The notes under the pieces: model-generated
What the model saw: the letters and a program-made list of their open reading frames with translations, nothing else
Databases searched by the model: none
What the model was told of the DNA's origin: nothing
In this document: piece after piece, positions 10,156 to 22,045 of the stretch
How positions within the stretch are numbered: the first letter of the stretch is position 1
How the letters are laid out: each line of letters starts with the position of its first letter
NCBI GenBank assembly: GCA_052327205.1
Contig: CM126217.1
Span: 76,198,001 to 76,262,000, forward strand
Source: Somniosus microcephalus
Taxonomy: Eukaryota
DNA: 64,000 nucleotides
Reading direction: 5' to 3'
Made by a program: the position numbers and the translations under genes

Positions 10156-11950
10156 TATTAGCATAACCCTCTATTCTCTTCTCCCCATATGCTTGTCCCC
10201 TTAAATGCATCTATACTATTCGCTTCAACTGCTCCCTGTGGTAGCGAGTTTCACATTCTCACCACTCTTTGGATAAAGAATTTTCTTCTGAATTCCCTTT
10301 TGGATTTCTTGGTGTCTATCTTATATTGATGGCCTCTAGTTATGCTCTTCCCCACAAATGGAAATATTCTCTCTATATCCACTCTATCAAAACCTCTCAG
10401 AATTTTAAAGACTTCTATTAGGTCATCCCTGAGCCTTCTTTTTTCAAGAGAAAAGAGACCCAGCCTTTTCATCCTTTCCTGATATGTATATCCTCACATT
10501 TCTGGTATCAACCTTCTCTGCACCCTTTCCAGTGCCTCTATATCCTTTTTATAATATGGTGACCAGAACTGCATGCAGTGCTCTCAATGTGGTCTAACCA
10601 AGATTCGATAGAGGTTTAGCATAACTTCCCTACTTTTCAATTCTATTCCTCTAGAAATAAACCCTACTGCTTGGTTTGCCTTTTTTATGGTCTTGCTAAC
10701 CTATGATGCAACTTTTAGTGATTTGTGTATTTGTACTCCGAGATCTCTTTGTTCCTCTACCCCACCTAGACTTGCACCCTCCAAGTGATAAGTGACCTCC
10801 CTATTCTTCCGACCAAAATGTAATAGCTCACATTTATCTGTGTTGAACTTCATTTGCCAATTATTTACCCATTCTGCAAGTTTATTAATGTCCTCCTGTA
10901 ATTTGTTGCAGTCCTCCTCAGTATTGACTATCCTCCCCCCACTAATTTGGTGTCATCCGCAAATTTAGAAATTGTGTTTTTGATTCCAAAGTCTAAATCA
11001 TTAACATAAATTGTGAACAACAGTGGTCCCAGCACTGATCCTTGTGTAATACCACTACCCACCTTCTGCCACTGTGAATAGCTACCTTTACTCCCACTCT
11101 CTGCTTTCTGTCTTGAAGCCAGCTAACAATCCATTCTGCTACTTGTCCCCTGACTCCACATGCTCTGACCTTATTCATCAGTCTATTATGGGGTACCTTA
11201 TCGAAGGCCTTTTGAAAATCTAGATAAATTACATCTACTGCATTACCATTGTCTACTCTCTCTGTTACCTCTTCAAAAAATTCAATAAGGTTGGTCAAGC
11301 AAGACTTTCCCTTTTGAAATCCATGCTGACTATTCATTATTATACTTTTCATTTCTAGATGTTCTTCTATTCTCTCCATTATTTTTCCTACCACCGATGT
11401 TAAGCTGACTGGTCTATAATTCCCTGGACATGTTCTATCTCCCTTCTTAAATATAGGTATTACATTAGCTATCTACCAGTCCTCTGGCACTACACCTTTT
11501 TCTAACGAATTATTAAATATGTGTAGTAATGCCTCTGCTATCTCTTCTCTAGATTATTTTAAAATGCAGGGATGCAATCCATCCGGACCAGGGGTTTTAT
11601 CCTCTTTGAGGTTGATTCGTTTATTTAATATAGCCCCTTTTTTATTTTAAATACACTTATCTCATTACTCATCTCATCATCCAATATCATGTCCATCTGT
11701 TCTATCTCCCTGGTAAATACCGAAGCGAAATAATAATTTAATATTTCTGCCATCTCCCTATCGTTACCTGTGGTATTGTCCTGTCTATCCCTTAATGGCC
11801 CTATTCCCATCCCAACCTTCCTTTTTTATTGATGTGCCTGTAAAATATTTTACTATTTTATTTTATGTTCCTTGATAATTTAATGTCACACTTCCTCTTT
11901 GCCTTCCTAATTGTTTTTTTGACTTCTTTCCTAATCCCTTCGTATTCTCT
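10155..11950 (-). mobile_element. CR1 LINE, 5'-truncated and frameshifted RT region
   Basis: ORF pieces include AEILNYYFASVFT, QHGFQKGKSCLTNLIEFFEEVT...DVIYLDFQKAFDKVPH and LGLFSLEKRRLRDDLIEVFKIL. Confidence 0.95.
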
Positions 11951-12493
11951 CTGAAGAGACTGGGGGAGCATCTTGTGGGACAAGTACAGTAGATCACTTA
12001 AGAAAGACACTATGGGCTCACAACTGGGTGATAATTAGTTTGTAGTTATAAGTTGTGTTCAAATCTTGGTGTGCAGAGTGGTCCTGTGGTAGCTGATGAC
12101 CTTGCAATGGCAGGTGACAATTATATCAATGTTGGTCTTTGGGCAGAAGTTATTGAAGAGTGGAAAGACTAAGACAGATGCTGGACATGACTGTTAATGT
12201 GGCGCGGGGTGGGGATTGTTCAGCTGAAGTGCTGTTCAATGAACGGCTGCTGAAAAGCATTGGCTTCAAGTTTGTCTTGAAGCCCTCCTATTTCTTCACT
12301 ATCCTTGATGTCATTTGTTTTGTCGTCAACATCTGGTTGAAGTTTCTTATCCAATGGTGCTTCAAGTGTTGTCCCCATTGCAGAGCAAAATTAAGAAGTA
12401 TACAGCAAACCACTATCATATGGTACACTTGTCTGAGCTGTATTGGAGAAAGCCACCAGGTCTGGGAGGGTTGCCTGAGCACACCGCTGATCG

Positions 12494-12732
12494 ACATAGG
12501 AACATAGGTACAGGGGTAATTGACCCCTTGAGCCTGTTCCATAATGCAATTAGATCATGGCTAATCTGTATCTCAACTCCATTAACCCGCCTTGTTCCAT
12601 TTCTCTTAGTACCCTTACCCAACAAAAATCTATCAATCTCAGTCTTAAAAATTTCAATTGACACAGCATCCACTACCCTTTGTGTGAAAAAGTGCTTCCT
12701 GATTTCACTGCTAAATAGCCTTGCTCTAATTT
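12494..12732 (-). mobile_element. CR1 3' end fragment
   Basis: Tail acataggaacatagg; minus-strand peptide IRKHFFTQRVV...FKTEIDRFL. Confidence 0.85.
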
Positions 12733-12735
12733 GCT

Positions 12736-13100
12736 TTAGCAAACATGGCATCAGTCACATGTTTGTTGCAAGCATGAACTGCCAGCTGACTGATATTACC
12801 TGTTGAGCCTCGAAGGAGCTAGAGGCAAAGAAGCTGAGGGCCACAGTGACCTTGACTGCACCAGGCAATGCAGTGCCTGCTGTGACAGTGGCTTTCAGTT
12901 CTTGTTGCAGTAGGTGACAGGTCTGTGACAGTTTCCATGAAAAAGTGCAACCTCCTTATCCACTGCCCCTCTGAGAAGCACAGATATATAACTCTGGGCC
13001 TACACACTGTGTTGGGAGGGCAAGGCTTTCCACAAGCTCTGCTCTTCCTCTGTGGTCTCCCAGGAGCTGCCGCTTCATGTGGTCCTTTCACCTATCGCTG
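12736..13100 (-). pseudogene. PIF/Harbinger (HARBI1-like) transposase N-terminal remnant
   Basis: Minus-strand pieces RPRVIYLCFSEGQWIRRLHFFMETVTDL, TALPGAVKVTVALSFFASSSF and ISQLAVHACNKHVTDAMFA match the HARBI1-type N-terminal HTH region; frameshifted. Confidence 0.75.
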
Positions 13101-14289
13101 CTGCTCTTCTTCCTCTAACCAAAGGGATTCCCATTTTCAGAACAAAGAGCATTACCAGTACCCCCTTAAGCTTCCTGATGGTTATCCAGTTGCTACAAGA
13201 AAAAGTTACTCACTGGATACACTTACTGAGTCACCAATCAAGCTGCATTAACCCCTAGTGCTCTCAGTTGAATCTTGAGTTTTCTGTGTGGTTGGACTTG
13301 GAGGGCTTTGTATTGCTTCCTTCCTTCTTCTCATTATACAGGACCAGGATGTACTACCCTAAGCTTTTCCTAGATGCACCTGTCCCTTTACTTCCCTATG
13401 GTATTGATTCATTTTTATTGTTTTTTTATGTACCCCGAATGCATGATGTTCACTTCTGTGCTTGAAATACTCATTCACTTACATTGAACTGGTCATTAAT
13501 GGCCCAGAAATCATGCCTGAGACTTTTCCTAGAATAACTCTATAATTTGTTTTCCTAGTCCTAACCACCCCCCTGAAAATATCAGCTTTCAATAGAATTC
13601 TATGGCTTTCCTTGGCTTAGTCCTTACCAAGATTATCACCACAAAAATCTCTTGCCTTAGCTACTTTTGCCTCAGGTATTTCACTGTTACAGACTAATAT
13701 TTATCGTTAACTTGCTGTAAGTAGTGGGACGTTGATTTCTTTTTAAATTTTATTTTCCTTTTTTATATTTTTGTGGGTTTTTTTGTAGTAGTGATTTGTA
13801 TTTGAAAATTCTGAAACAAAGAAGTTTTATTTTAAAGGAGCAGAATTATTGTTGTCACGGGAAATAAATGATCAAAAAATATAGCAGAGAGTGACAGGCT
13901 GCATGATTCAAGAGTATTCTACCTATTTGAACCTGACACCAAAACAGTCTGTCTTTCTCAGCATAGAACTTTTATTGCATTTAACAAAAACTCATTACCT
14001 CCAAAAAGAACATGGATCTGAACAGAACCTGGGCTTGTAACTGTGAGACATTCACTAAATAAACAAATGTTTGATAAAGAACGGAGCACTTGTAAAGAAT
14101 TTAAGCGTGTATTTACAGCCTGTTTATTACACTTCACCATGACTGCGGAACCTCTACTAGGCGTTAAATTGCCATGTTGCCAATAAAATGTACAAAAAGC
14201 ACTTTGGTTGAGAAAACATTACTATTAAATAGTAGCACACTGCAACCACTACTCTTGTGTTAGTTTCTGTGCTGATATGTTATGCACTT

Positions 14290-15003
14290 TGATAGATTTT
14301 ATGCTGAATGTGAACATCTGAAACCTTTGGCTGAAAATCCTCCAGATAAACACTGACAATTCCGACAGCAAGGGGCACAGCTGCTGTTGTCACTTGTTGT
14401 TCTGGGTAAGACATAGTTAAAGAAGGAACACAAGTTTTCCTATCTTTAAGTAACACTTTAGTTGTTATTTTATCACTGTTTTACAGATGCAGTGTATTTT
14501 ATTACAGTAGTATTAAAAGTTTTAGTATTTAAAGTTTTTGTCTTTGTTTGGCAGTTGATTTCAGTCTTAATTTGAATAAAAATATTCTAATGTCCCAACT
14601 AATATTTCCTTTATAAAGTCCTCCAAATGTTCTCCCAGTTCTTTGCTATTTTGCTTCCTTTTAATCATGGCAGAGTTTTAGAAGTTTGCGATCAATTGCA
14701 AGGCTATATTATGTCCTAATACTTAAATACTGTACAATTTTAAATATATGTTAATTTGACTAGCCCTGTCTATGCCACAAACTGTTTGCAACTGAGCGAG
14801 TGGGCAGACAACCATTATCTGTACAGTCTCTAGTCTGATTGTTGTAGGTGTACAAGAGTGGCCTTGGATGATAGATTTTATAAACATCTGAAACCTTTGG
14901 CTGAACAATCTTCCAGATAAACACTGACAATTCCGACAGCAAGGGGCACAGCTGATGTTGTCATTTGTTGTTCTGGCAAGACATATTTAAAGAAAGAATA
15001 CAA
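14290..15003 (+). repeat. Direct repeat pair of about 140 bp (14290-14433 and 14869-15003)
   Basis: Shared aacatctgaaacctttggctgaa...tccagataaacactgacaattccgacagcaaggggcacagctg with few differences. Confidence 0.9.
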
Positions 15004-15984
15004 ATATTATTAATATATATATTATACCTTCCAATTTTTGCCTTTCTCTGGCAAAGTGCTTGATCTCTGCTTTTTACCCATTGCTATGCTACAGCCAAGA
15101 CTGGACCTTGTGGCGAAGTACAAGATTTAACTAATTTCCTTAAACTCCATACCGGGATCATATTAGTGCTAACATCTTGCACCATCATACTGCCTTATGC
15201 ATGTTTTAAATTTACAAATAGATGGTCTGGTGATCAATGTATTAAGTTCTGCAGGATTGTAGTTCCGCAGGACATACAGTTATGCCTGTGAGTCTACTTG
15301 GTGTGCTCCCAATCGCAACCAACTTATCGAAGAGCTGATTAGATAATGGTTATTTTTCCACATGCAGGGAGATCAAACTCATGGTACCAGACACTCCGGC
15401 TACTTCAGTACACCTCCTAGTGGACAGTTATGGTACATTTCTAGTGGAAGACTTGTGGAGAAAATCTTATACCTCGGGCAATGGTGCAGAATTGATTTGA
15501 AAGAAGTAGTAACAGAAAAAATGTTGAGTGGGGGAATATAAATGCATAATGCTTAATCATAACCATACAACAACATAATCTTCTATGTATGCCTTGTGTT
15601 TGTAACAATGTGTAAATTTAAAGCAATCCTATATAATTGCCATTAATAATTGGAAATGATCACAACCCACCTCAGGTAGGATAGTCAACTAAAGCAAACA
15701 CATCTGAGCAAGAAGGACTCTGTTTCCTTTGTTATTTCCTATTGCTGGTATTTTCCCAAGGCTTTTAGACAGACATTAGGATCACAGCCAGAATCAAAGA
15801 ATGATGACGTTTCCCACAACCTGCCTTCAATTTGTTGGTGCTGACTACCAAGTGTGGCGGGATGCTTTTCACTTCTGTTTCATGTGTTTCACTGTCCCCA
15901 ATGTTCTCAGTTCGACACTGTTACAAGCACCTCCCAATTGTCAAGAAGACAATAAGTCAGATACAATTCCTCATTTGTGTTGAA

Positions 15985-16235
15985 TCAGTCTATCTCGGCG
16001 GGGGCAGCACATGTTGCTAATTAGCCCTAGTTGTCCCTTTGTGTGGGTAGGAGGAAAATCGACTAGGCTGTTGGTTCAAATGGCTGTCCAGTGACTCCTG
16101 TTGGAAGGTGCAGATGTTCGTTGATGATATAATGGAGTTCAGCTGTAATACGTTCCACGGTCAATCAATGTCTAGTCTACATGACGAATGGCCATTTGGA
16201 TGAGATAGCAAGCACCAGGGGAACTGTATCTCAAC
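15985..16235 (+). repeat. Old SINE-like remnant
   Basis: Degenerate ...tccagtgactcctgttggaagg...gaatggccatttggatgag... resembles an old elasmobranch interspersed repeat; family not assigned. Confidence 0.3.
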
Positions 16236-18229
16236 AACATCAAAAGAAGATGTTGGGACGTTAGCAAGAATCTGTGATGAAGGAATTCTATGCTGGCGTC
16301 ATCTGCAACAGAAATTGAATTAGAATTGAGGTGTAGTTTAAGAAAGAACTTAAAACAAAAACCTGAGTATGTTGTAGTAAAGGATGATAGTTGCATTTGC
16401 AGTTAGTTACAACGAGATGACTAACCGTTTATATAGGACTCTAATGCATGTTACAATTGAATCATTTAATAACTACAAAATGGTTTGTTGGCGATTTCTG
16501 CTGCTGAATAGTGTACAAACCTCCCTCCAAAAATACGATGCAAATACGGTGCGCTTAAAGCTGGAGAAGGCAACGGCCGCTAGAGGGCAAAACCCACACA
16601 AGTCCTGGTGCGAACAATAAGCTGGAAAACTGGTGTGGAGCGGAAAATAATTCGGACTGAGCAAACTGAATAAACTAAGCGAAACAAGCTTAAAGAAGAT
16701 GTGGATTCTGGTATTTTTCTACCAGTTACTTGCTCGGTTAAGTTTCAGCCATCACCAGCGCCTCACAATATGCTGCAATTAGTCAGCAGTGAGAAGGCAC
16801 TGCATAGTTGAGGAGGAGGACTAGAAATAACCACAAACCGCATCAAGATAGGATATTCAACAACAAAAAACACATTCGGAAGGATTGTCTGTTTCCTTTG
16901 TTATTTCCTGTTGTTGATGCTTTCCTGATGCTTTGCGCACATAACCGTACTGGGTTCGCAGTTAGCATGAAGCTTTTCCCACAGATTGCCCTTCAGTTAC
17001 GAAAGAGATCAGGAAAAGGAAATGCCGGGAAAAGCGTGCATCGTGCAAAAATCAATGCTTTGAAGTTTTAATTCCGGAGTTAGAAATAGTCAGTAACCGA
17101 GCACCGATAGTGTTCTGAAATAAATCCAACCGAGAAAAAATGGAAAGGGGCGTCCCATCAGCTCGGAGCAGTCAATGCTGGAGAGGATGGTGTAGTGCAG
17201 GAACATCACTAATCACACGTGCGCTTGTGTATGAGAAATGTAATCCCTAGCCGCCAAATCACCCAGGAGATGTCTCGCTATATGACTTGAGAATTAGTAA
17301 ACCGATGCGGTGTAGTAAAATGTGAATGACTGAGAAAACACGTAGAATAATCAAATCCCTGGTCTGAACTTTTTCCAAGTCCCTGTTTGTTCCGGACAGG
17401 AACAGCGCGGGTGTAGACGACCCTGGCAACATACAATCAAATGTCACCGAGAACCTGCTTCTCTCTCTCTCTCTCCCCTCTTCCCTTCCTTTACAAATGT
17501 TTTCCGGCTTTATTGCACTTGGAGCCATTACTGTGCCTCAATATAACGATCCCTGTTTCACAGAGAAAAAAGGACAAGTTAACTCCTAACGCTTGGGATT
17601 AAGTCCGTGTCATCGAATCTCAGTGAAATATATCAAAATTAAGTATAATTCTATTTAAATGAGTCATGTGAAAACATCAGCTAAACCTATACATACACCG
17701 ACTGCAAAATATGTAAGCACATTAACATATCATGGGACGTTGTATGATCTTTGGATTAAGGGTGCGCAATCCTAAATTGCCAGTGTTTTCATAACCTGTT
17801 CCCAGTTCCTTAAATGTTGGTACCAAAACTTACTTCCTACGGTGCACGTAAATTGGGTGAAGAGTTCTTCTAGCGGAACTGTAAATATGTTTATAAAAAA
17901 CCGGCTTACGTTTTCACTATATGGAGGAAAGCTTCACCCTACAGCTCCGAAGCTGCAGTTCTGACTAACCCTTGTCCAGCCCAGCCCATGACGGTACACA
18001 GGAAGAAACCAGCAGAGATATTGGTGCAGGAAATCCCAAACACTCGATTACAACTTTAACACTGAAACTACCCACCCGCTCATTTTAACCTTATTATCCC
18101 CGAGGATGGCCGCAGTGTCCATAAACTGTCGATACATTTTAAAATATCGGGCTAAGTTATTCAATTAATGATATTTTCCCCTGATAATGTTCGCAGTGAC
18201 AGGCGGCACTTCAATGTGTGTTGCAGAAA

Positions 18230-18960
18230 CAGTACTCTGCAAAGGCACGCTATTTCAAAGACACTGATGTTGGCGTGGGCGAAACTGCGGCGTGACAGTT
18301 CCGTCCATTCATCAGTCGCCAATAATTGGCCGCCGAGGAAAAGCGTGCCCTTCTGCGCGACCAAGCCCAGTGGAAAGTCTTTCAAACCGAATCAACGCTC
18401 TGAATTTCATCCCCGTGCCTTTCGCTGCATTCCGTGTAAACCATACAATCGGTGCACCTTTGGCCGGCCGAGCTAGAGATTCTGCAATTTGACAAGAGCA
18501 TGGGTCAAATTGAAAAGAGTGAGGGTGTGTGTGTTTTTAAATTCCGGATGCACACAGGGGTCGATGCTGCAGGTGCAGCGTGCTGAGTGGCGGCTGCGCC
18601 GGGGCCTGGGGGTGAAATTGACCAGCTCCCGGGGGGCGGGGGGGAAGCGGGAGAGGGGGGCGTGGCCGTACGCATGCGCCCTGCTGCCCGCCGGGGGTCC
18701 ACACACGCGGCTCCGCTTCTTGCAAGCAGAAACACACACACTCACCCAGCGTCTGCAGCCTTTCTATATATATATGTGTGTGTGTACATAAAAGCGGATT
18801 CCTCAATGTAGCCGACCGATTGCACGCCGAGTCTGCGTCCTGGGGCGATCGGCAGCACCTTGCAGTCTGCTGCGGGTTTAGAGACTCAAAAGGGGGGGAA
18901 AAGGAAAAATATATATATTTAATATATAAAACAGCTCGAGGATGCGGATCCATCCCAGCG
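18230..18960 (+). promoter_or_regulatory. TMTC2: CpG-rich promoter and 5' UTR of TMTC2
   Basis: Strong local CpG/GC enrichment just upstream of the coding exon. GC boxes GGGGGCGGGG (about 18632) and GGGGCGTGGC (about 18657), an NRF1-like TACGCATGCGCC (18669-18680), and TA-rich tracts at about 18765 and 18910-18931. The TSS cannot be determined. Confidence 0.8.
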
Positions 18961-18997
18961 AGGTGAAGAGAGGAATCGATGCGATATTGTAGTAGAC

Positions 18998-19080
18998 ATG
19001 ATTTCTGAATTTGTGAGCAGCGCGGTTGCTATTGCCCTGTATCTGAACACACTGACTGCTGATTTCTGTTACGATGACAG
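18998..19080 (+). CDS. TMTC2: TMTC2 (transmembrane O-mannosyltransferase targeting cadherins 2), first coding exon
   Basis: ATG at 18998 reads MISEFVSSAVAIALYLNTLTADFCYDD(S), closely matching the vertebrate TMTC2 N-terminus as I recall it (MIAELVSSALGLALYLNTLSADFCYDDS). It ends at a strong donor CAG|GTAGGT (phase 2, 83 coding nt). Too short for the ORF track. Confidence 0.95.
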
Positions 19081-20653
19081 GTAGGTATTGTTCTCTTCTC
19101 CGTACTTCCTGATTGATCACTTCAAACTGCTGCCAGCTTTTGCCAGGCGATTCAGTCCAATGATTATTTGAGCCTGTGGACGAAGTGAGGGATGCGAGTG
19201 GGAAGTGCAAGCTTGTCTGCGATTTAAAACTCTCAGTCTGCAGATGCCGTTTCAGTGGAGCTGTAAATCTTGTGCTCCAATTGGGGTGGGATAAAGATCG
19301 TCCATCCATGTCACTCGCTTCGAAATCAAATTGCACGGGGTCCTCGCCAAATACTCCCAAATTCTCCCACTTTTGGGCAATATTTTTAGCTCTCTGAGTC
19401 ACCAGAAGATGTTTTAATTTGCTGTGCTAGCTGAAATCCGCATGCTTGTCAGCACTGTTTTAAAAGAAAAGTAATTCCTCTTTAAGTATTTGTTTTAAAA
19501 ATGCATAGCACCTCCGATCGCGAGGTGAAAAAGATGTCAGCTGTGTTGTCTAAGAGACTGTGAAGCCTTCTGTAAAATCTTAACAGTTTAGCTGGTGTTC
19601 CATTAGTGAAAACCGCAGTGTTTTGAAGCTCAGTATTGTTGCAAATTGATTAAAAGCGTCCCCGCTATTGTGAATCTGGAGTTTAATTCAGTTTCCGGTG
19701 ACTTAATCTGATTACCATTTAGTGGCTGCATAATTGGAATATATGAGAACAATCACGCGTGGATAAACTTCAGTGTCTGGGGTTTTCATGCTCTATTTAA
19801 ATTAAACCTTCCTTGAACTGACGGTACATTGACTTGATCGGTTCAGATTATTCCGAGGGTTTAAGAATGAGTTTGGTGCTGCAAGATTTGAATTGTTCTA
19901 TTAAAAGCCGATATTCATTCGAGACATTTTTTTCCCCCTGTGCTTCGGCTCAGCTTTTCGAGGGCCTGTCAGGAAAAAAAAATCATTTGGCTAGGAGCTG
20001 ACAAAAGTGAGACCATTGCCAACAGCGAGCGATGCAGACTGCTTCTTACTGAAGCGTGGCTGCTTTATTTACAGTGAGATGCTTAGAGAAAGGTTTCAAC
20101 CTTTTTTCATAATCAGTGAGTTTCATTGAAAGTACAGAGGCTTTGACAGGTTAATTTTGTCACATTCAATAATAAAGTAAATCAGCCTCCCTTCTCGCCA
20201 AGAAAAGACTATGTCCAACAGTGAGATCTTTGTGTGTGGGTGGGTGGGGGTAATCCTGAGTGATTGGAAATATGTTGAAATTAACGGTATTTATCTGTTG
20301 TGCACCGTTAGATACTTAGAAGTAAGGCATGCTTTCTTAAAATTAGTGAGTAATTTGAGACCCGTTAGATCTGCACTGGAGTCCTTCAAAGAGCAACTCT
20401 GAAGAACAGAAATGTCAGCTCAGGAGATTCCTCCTGTTGGCCTGTCCTTCACAAATACAACAATAAGCACGTGTGTTTTAAGACAGCAGTTCAGGTTAAC
20501 TCCAGATAACGGTCTCACCCAGTACTGCTTGTCTGAAAAATACATCTTCGTGTCTAATTAAAATAGAATACGCAGGGGGGGAAATAATACACCAGGAGAG
20601 TGGTTGGCTCCTTGCCAACTTTTCAGCATCTTGGAGACAAGGTGCAGAAATAT

Positions 20654-20883
20654 GGGCCCCGCAATTACCCCGTGGGACACTAATGTATCAGCTTAACGTT
20701 CATCTGAAATCTCTGCTATTTTAGTGGCGGCGTTAACCTTTTAGAATAAATTAACCCATTTAAAATAAATTAACTCATTTAAAATAAATGGGTTAACGGC
20801 TCCACTAAAATAACAGAGAAAAGAATTTCAAAGGAATAGTTAAGAGTTTGTATGCCGGTATCCCATGGAGTCATTTCAGGACC
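20654..20883. mobile_element. Palindromic MITE (Harbinger-like termini)
   Basis: Arms tctctgctattttagtggcggcgttaacc and ggttaacggctccactaaaataacagaga; termini gggccccgcaatt and atttcaggacc. Confidence 0.7.
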
Positions 20884-21786
20884 ATGATGTTTTGTCACTT
20901 AGCCTTGGCTGTCAGTTACCTCCTGCTGAATGTTGCTTTGAATAAGCAGTAGGGAAAGCAGGGTACGACTGGAAGTTTGGCCTGAATGTTGAATGATTAG
21001 TTTGCTGTACCTATTCTCAGAAGTTATAAAGAGATGGCAGCTCAGATCAGGATTCCAGGTAGCTCATGATGAGGTTTTTTTAGGGGGTTGGAGGGGAAGG
21101 TTTAATTTTTAGTTAGATATTTTTGAATTGTATTTTTCAGCCAGTGATCAGGGGAAAGTGAAGTGTAGAGCTTTCCCCCTGAATATTCCTTCAGATTGTG
21201 AAAGCGATTTCAATAATTTGAAAGTAGAATGTTGTCCTCAAGCTAACATTTAACAGACCCCCTCCAAACATTAGAAAGTGAATGTGATAAGTTATAATTA
21301 CTTCAAGTAAGAACTAGTCTGTTCTCAAATTGATGACTTGGCTGTGCAGTATACTGTTGTAATTGGCATATTGTAATTGGCATATTGTATGACAATCATT
21401 TGTACAGCCAGCGGACAGACTAGTTTTTCCAGGGAGAGTGATTGTAATATGTACACCCATGTTTCATTGCTATGGTGTTTTTCATGGGTGCTACCAATAT
21501 TGTGCTAGCATGCAAAAGTGAAAGGGATAAATGATCATTGTGAGAATTTCACCTTGATTCACTGGTTAAATAATCTTTTAATATTATTCCAAATGATTTT
21601 CTGTGAGGTATGCTACGTAAGAGTTACCTCTTGGATCACACAGCACAACTGTTATTAAGACACTTGGAATGTCAAAAGTATTTTTTATATCAAAATAAAT
21701 ACTGTTTACCACATATAAATAAATATTATGTGGTGCTCAATGAATTTAGGACAGTAATGTAGGCTCAGGGTTCAGAAGATGGACAT

Positions 21787-22045
21787 AAAGAAAGTATTTG
21801 TATTTATATAGCACTTCTCACAACCTCATCATGTCCCAAAGTACTTTACAGCCAATGAAGGACTTTTAAAGTGTAGTCACTGCTGTAATGTAGGAAATGT
21901 GGCAGCCAATTTGCACACAGCAAGGCCCCACAAATTGCATGAATTAAATGACAAGATTATTTGTTTCAGGTGTTGGTTGAGGGATAAATGTTGTGCAGAA
22001 CACTGGGAGAACTCTCCTGCTCCTCTTTGAATAAGGTGCCATTTT
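21787..22045 (-). mobile_element. Deu-domain SINE fragment (SacSINE1/AmnSINE-like)
   Basis: Reverse complement of the central and 3' parts of the full copies at 30077 and 43091. Confidence 0.85.

Noticed and set aside
1-18200. Terminal exons of METTL25, the upstream neighbour of TMTC2 in human
   Set aside because: I found no matching peptide by eye, and synteny alone is not evidence.
18168-19402. Overlapping ORFs across the CpG island, including 18878-19402 (-)
   Set aside because: Expected by-products of GC-rich sequence. The real coding signal is the short TMTC2 exon on the plus strand.
21357-21389. 14-bp tandem duplication ttgtaattggcata
   Set aside because: An ordinary slippage duplication with no further structure.
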